A stretch of DNA of 64,000 nt, taken from assembly GCF_011045215.1 (NCBI RefSeq), contig NZ_CP049201.1. The stretch is one strand, 5' to 3'. Made by a program: the position numbers and the translations under genes. Shown piece by piece: positions 63,194 to 64,000 of this stretch. This stretch comes from Escherichia coli. GTDB taxonomy: Bacteria > Pseudomonadota > Gammaproteobacteria > Enterobacterales > Enterobacteriaceae. The number at the start of each line of letters is the position of its first letter. The first letter of the stretch is position 1. The notes under the pieces are model-generated. The model did not search any database. It saw nothing but the letters and a program-made list of their open reading frames with translations, and was not told where the DNA came from.

Positions 63194-63381
63194 GCGGTTC
63201 AGTCGCGGAAATCAGTTGCAGAGCTGTAATGATATCTCCGGGAGTGCTGCGTTGGTAGGGGCATCCCGGGATAGAGAAATTTTAGCACTTTGCCCTGAAT
63301 GATTGTAGACGCCCCGAGTACTCGTACCGGTCTGAGTTATTACAGTTAGATATTCACTTTTTCTCCCGCATACTTCACATC

Positions 63382-63403
63382 TGTCAACGACGGATGAAAA
63401 GTG
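63382..63403 (+). repeat. Isolated 22-bp copy of the IS100 terminal inverted repeat
   Basis: TGTCAACGACGGATGAAAAGTG is identical to IS100 end at 44370..44391; flanking sequence diverges immediately. Confidence 0.75.
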
Positions 63404-63476
63404 GTTCTTCCGCAACCTGGGTGGAAGAAAATGGATGAAACTTTCTGGCGAACAAGGATCTAAGCTGTTTTAAGTT

Positions 63477-64000
63477 ATGGGCAACCCAATGCACTCTCTT
63501 AAGACACTTCTACAGTTACCTTGCGGATGGCGATGCAGTCGACAAATTATTAGCTCTGACGGTATAACCCTCCATCTCCACGGAAAACGCAAAACAGCAC
63601 AATGTCCTGAATGCTTTAAGCGTAGCGACTCTGTTCATAGTTGTTGTCGGCGCCGGATACAGCATCTACCCTGATCAGGACAGACGCTATAGCTTGTATT
63701 TTCCGTCCGCCACTGGTACTGCCGTAACCCAGCTTGTTCACGTAAAATTTTTGCCGAGTCGCTTGCTCCCTTCGCCGGTTCACACCAACAGTCTTCACAG
63801 GCGTTACAAAATTTACAACGTCAACTGGGATTAATAGCTGGAGGTGAGGCTGGAAAACGGGCTGCAACGGCAGCGGGTCTCCGTTGCAGTGCTGATACTC
63901 TTCTTCGCAGGGTTATCAATACCCCGGAGACGAAACAGTCAGGCGCGCCTCATGTCGGTATTGATGAGTGGGCGTGGCATCGGGGCCACTGCTGCGGTAT
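63477..64000 (+). pseudogene. ISL3-family transposase, frameshifted, continues past window end
   Basis: ORF 63477..63674 has an ISL3-type N-terminal zinc finger (CPECFKRSDSVHSCCRRRIQHLP); a second frame from about 63696 reads RNPACSRKIFAES...VGIDEWAWHRGH, typical ISL3 transposase motifs. Confidence 0.6.

Overview
Enterobacterial (E. coli/Shigella-type) chromosomal segment, inverted relative to the usual K-12 orientation, analysed by eye only (no searches run). Positions 1-11969: 3' end of the colanic acid cluster (manC partial, cpsG, wcaJ, wzxC, wcaK, wcaL, wcaM), then gne and galF, with REP/BIME repeats. Positions 12228-21837: JUMPstart/ops element and a low-GC nine-gene O-antigen cluster (GalE-like epimerase, TagD-like cytidylyltransferase, Wzx, TagF-like glycerophosphotransferase, Wzy, four glycosyltransferases), suggesting a glycerol-phosphate-containing O unit. 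Then gnd, ugd, wzzB, the complete his operon on the minus strand (hisI through hisG plus hisL leader and attenuator), yeeZ, yeeY, plaP, yeeE, yeeD, sbcB, dacD, sbmC with LexA box, yeeA and yeeX. From about 43.98 kb to the window end lies a CP4-44-like degenerate prophage island remodelled by at least five IS insertions: a PduV/EutP-like fragment, IS100 (1954 bp with 5-bp target duplication), a degenerate IS110-family transposase, an intact yeeW-cbtA-cbeA-yeeT-yeeS-antirestriction module, an IS21-family element inserted into a YafZ-like gene, a deletion scar of the Ag43 (flu) gene that keeps its three-GATC regulatory region, a YeeP-like GTPase, a cargo region with two uncharacterised genes, an AlpA-like regulator, an inovirus Gp2-like gene, two paralogous zinc-ribbon genes flanking a frameshifted IS110-family transposase, and an IS100 terminal repeat abutting an ISL3-like transposase pseudogene. 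The best candidate for something undescribed is the cargo region between the AlpA-like gene and the GTPase (55.87-58.61 kb), especially an AT-rich gene split by a frameshift at an A10 tract with a C-terminal ribbon-helix-helix-like tail; this is a hypothesis, not a demonstrated system. No rRNA, tRNA or CRISPR array was recognised. ORF-track coordinates are reliable; coordinates of small motifs (repeats, terminators, IS ends) were counted by hand and may be off by 1-2 bp.
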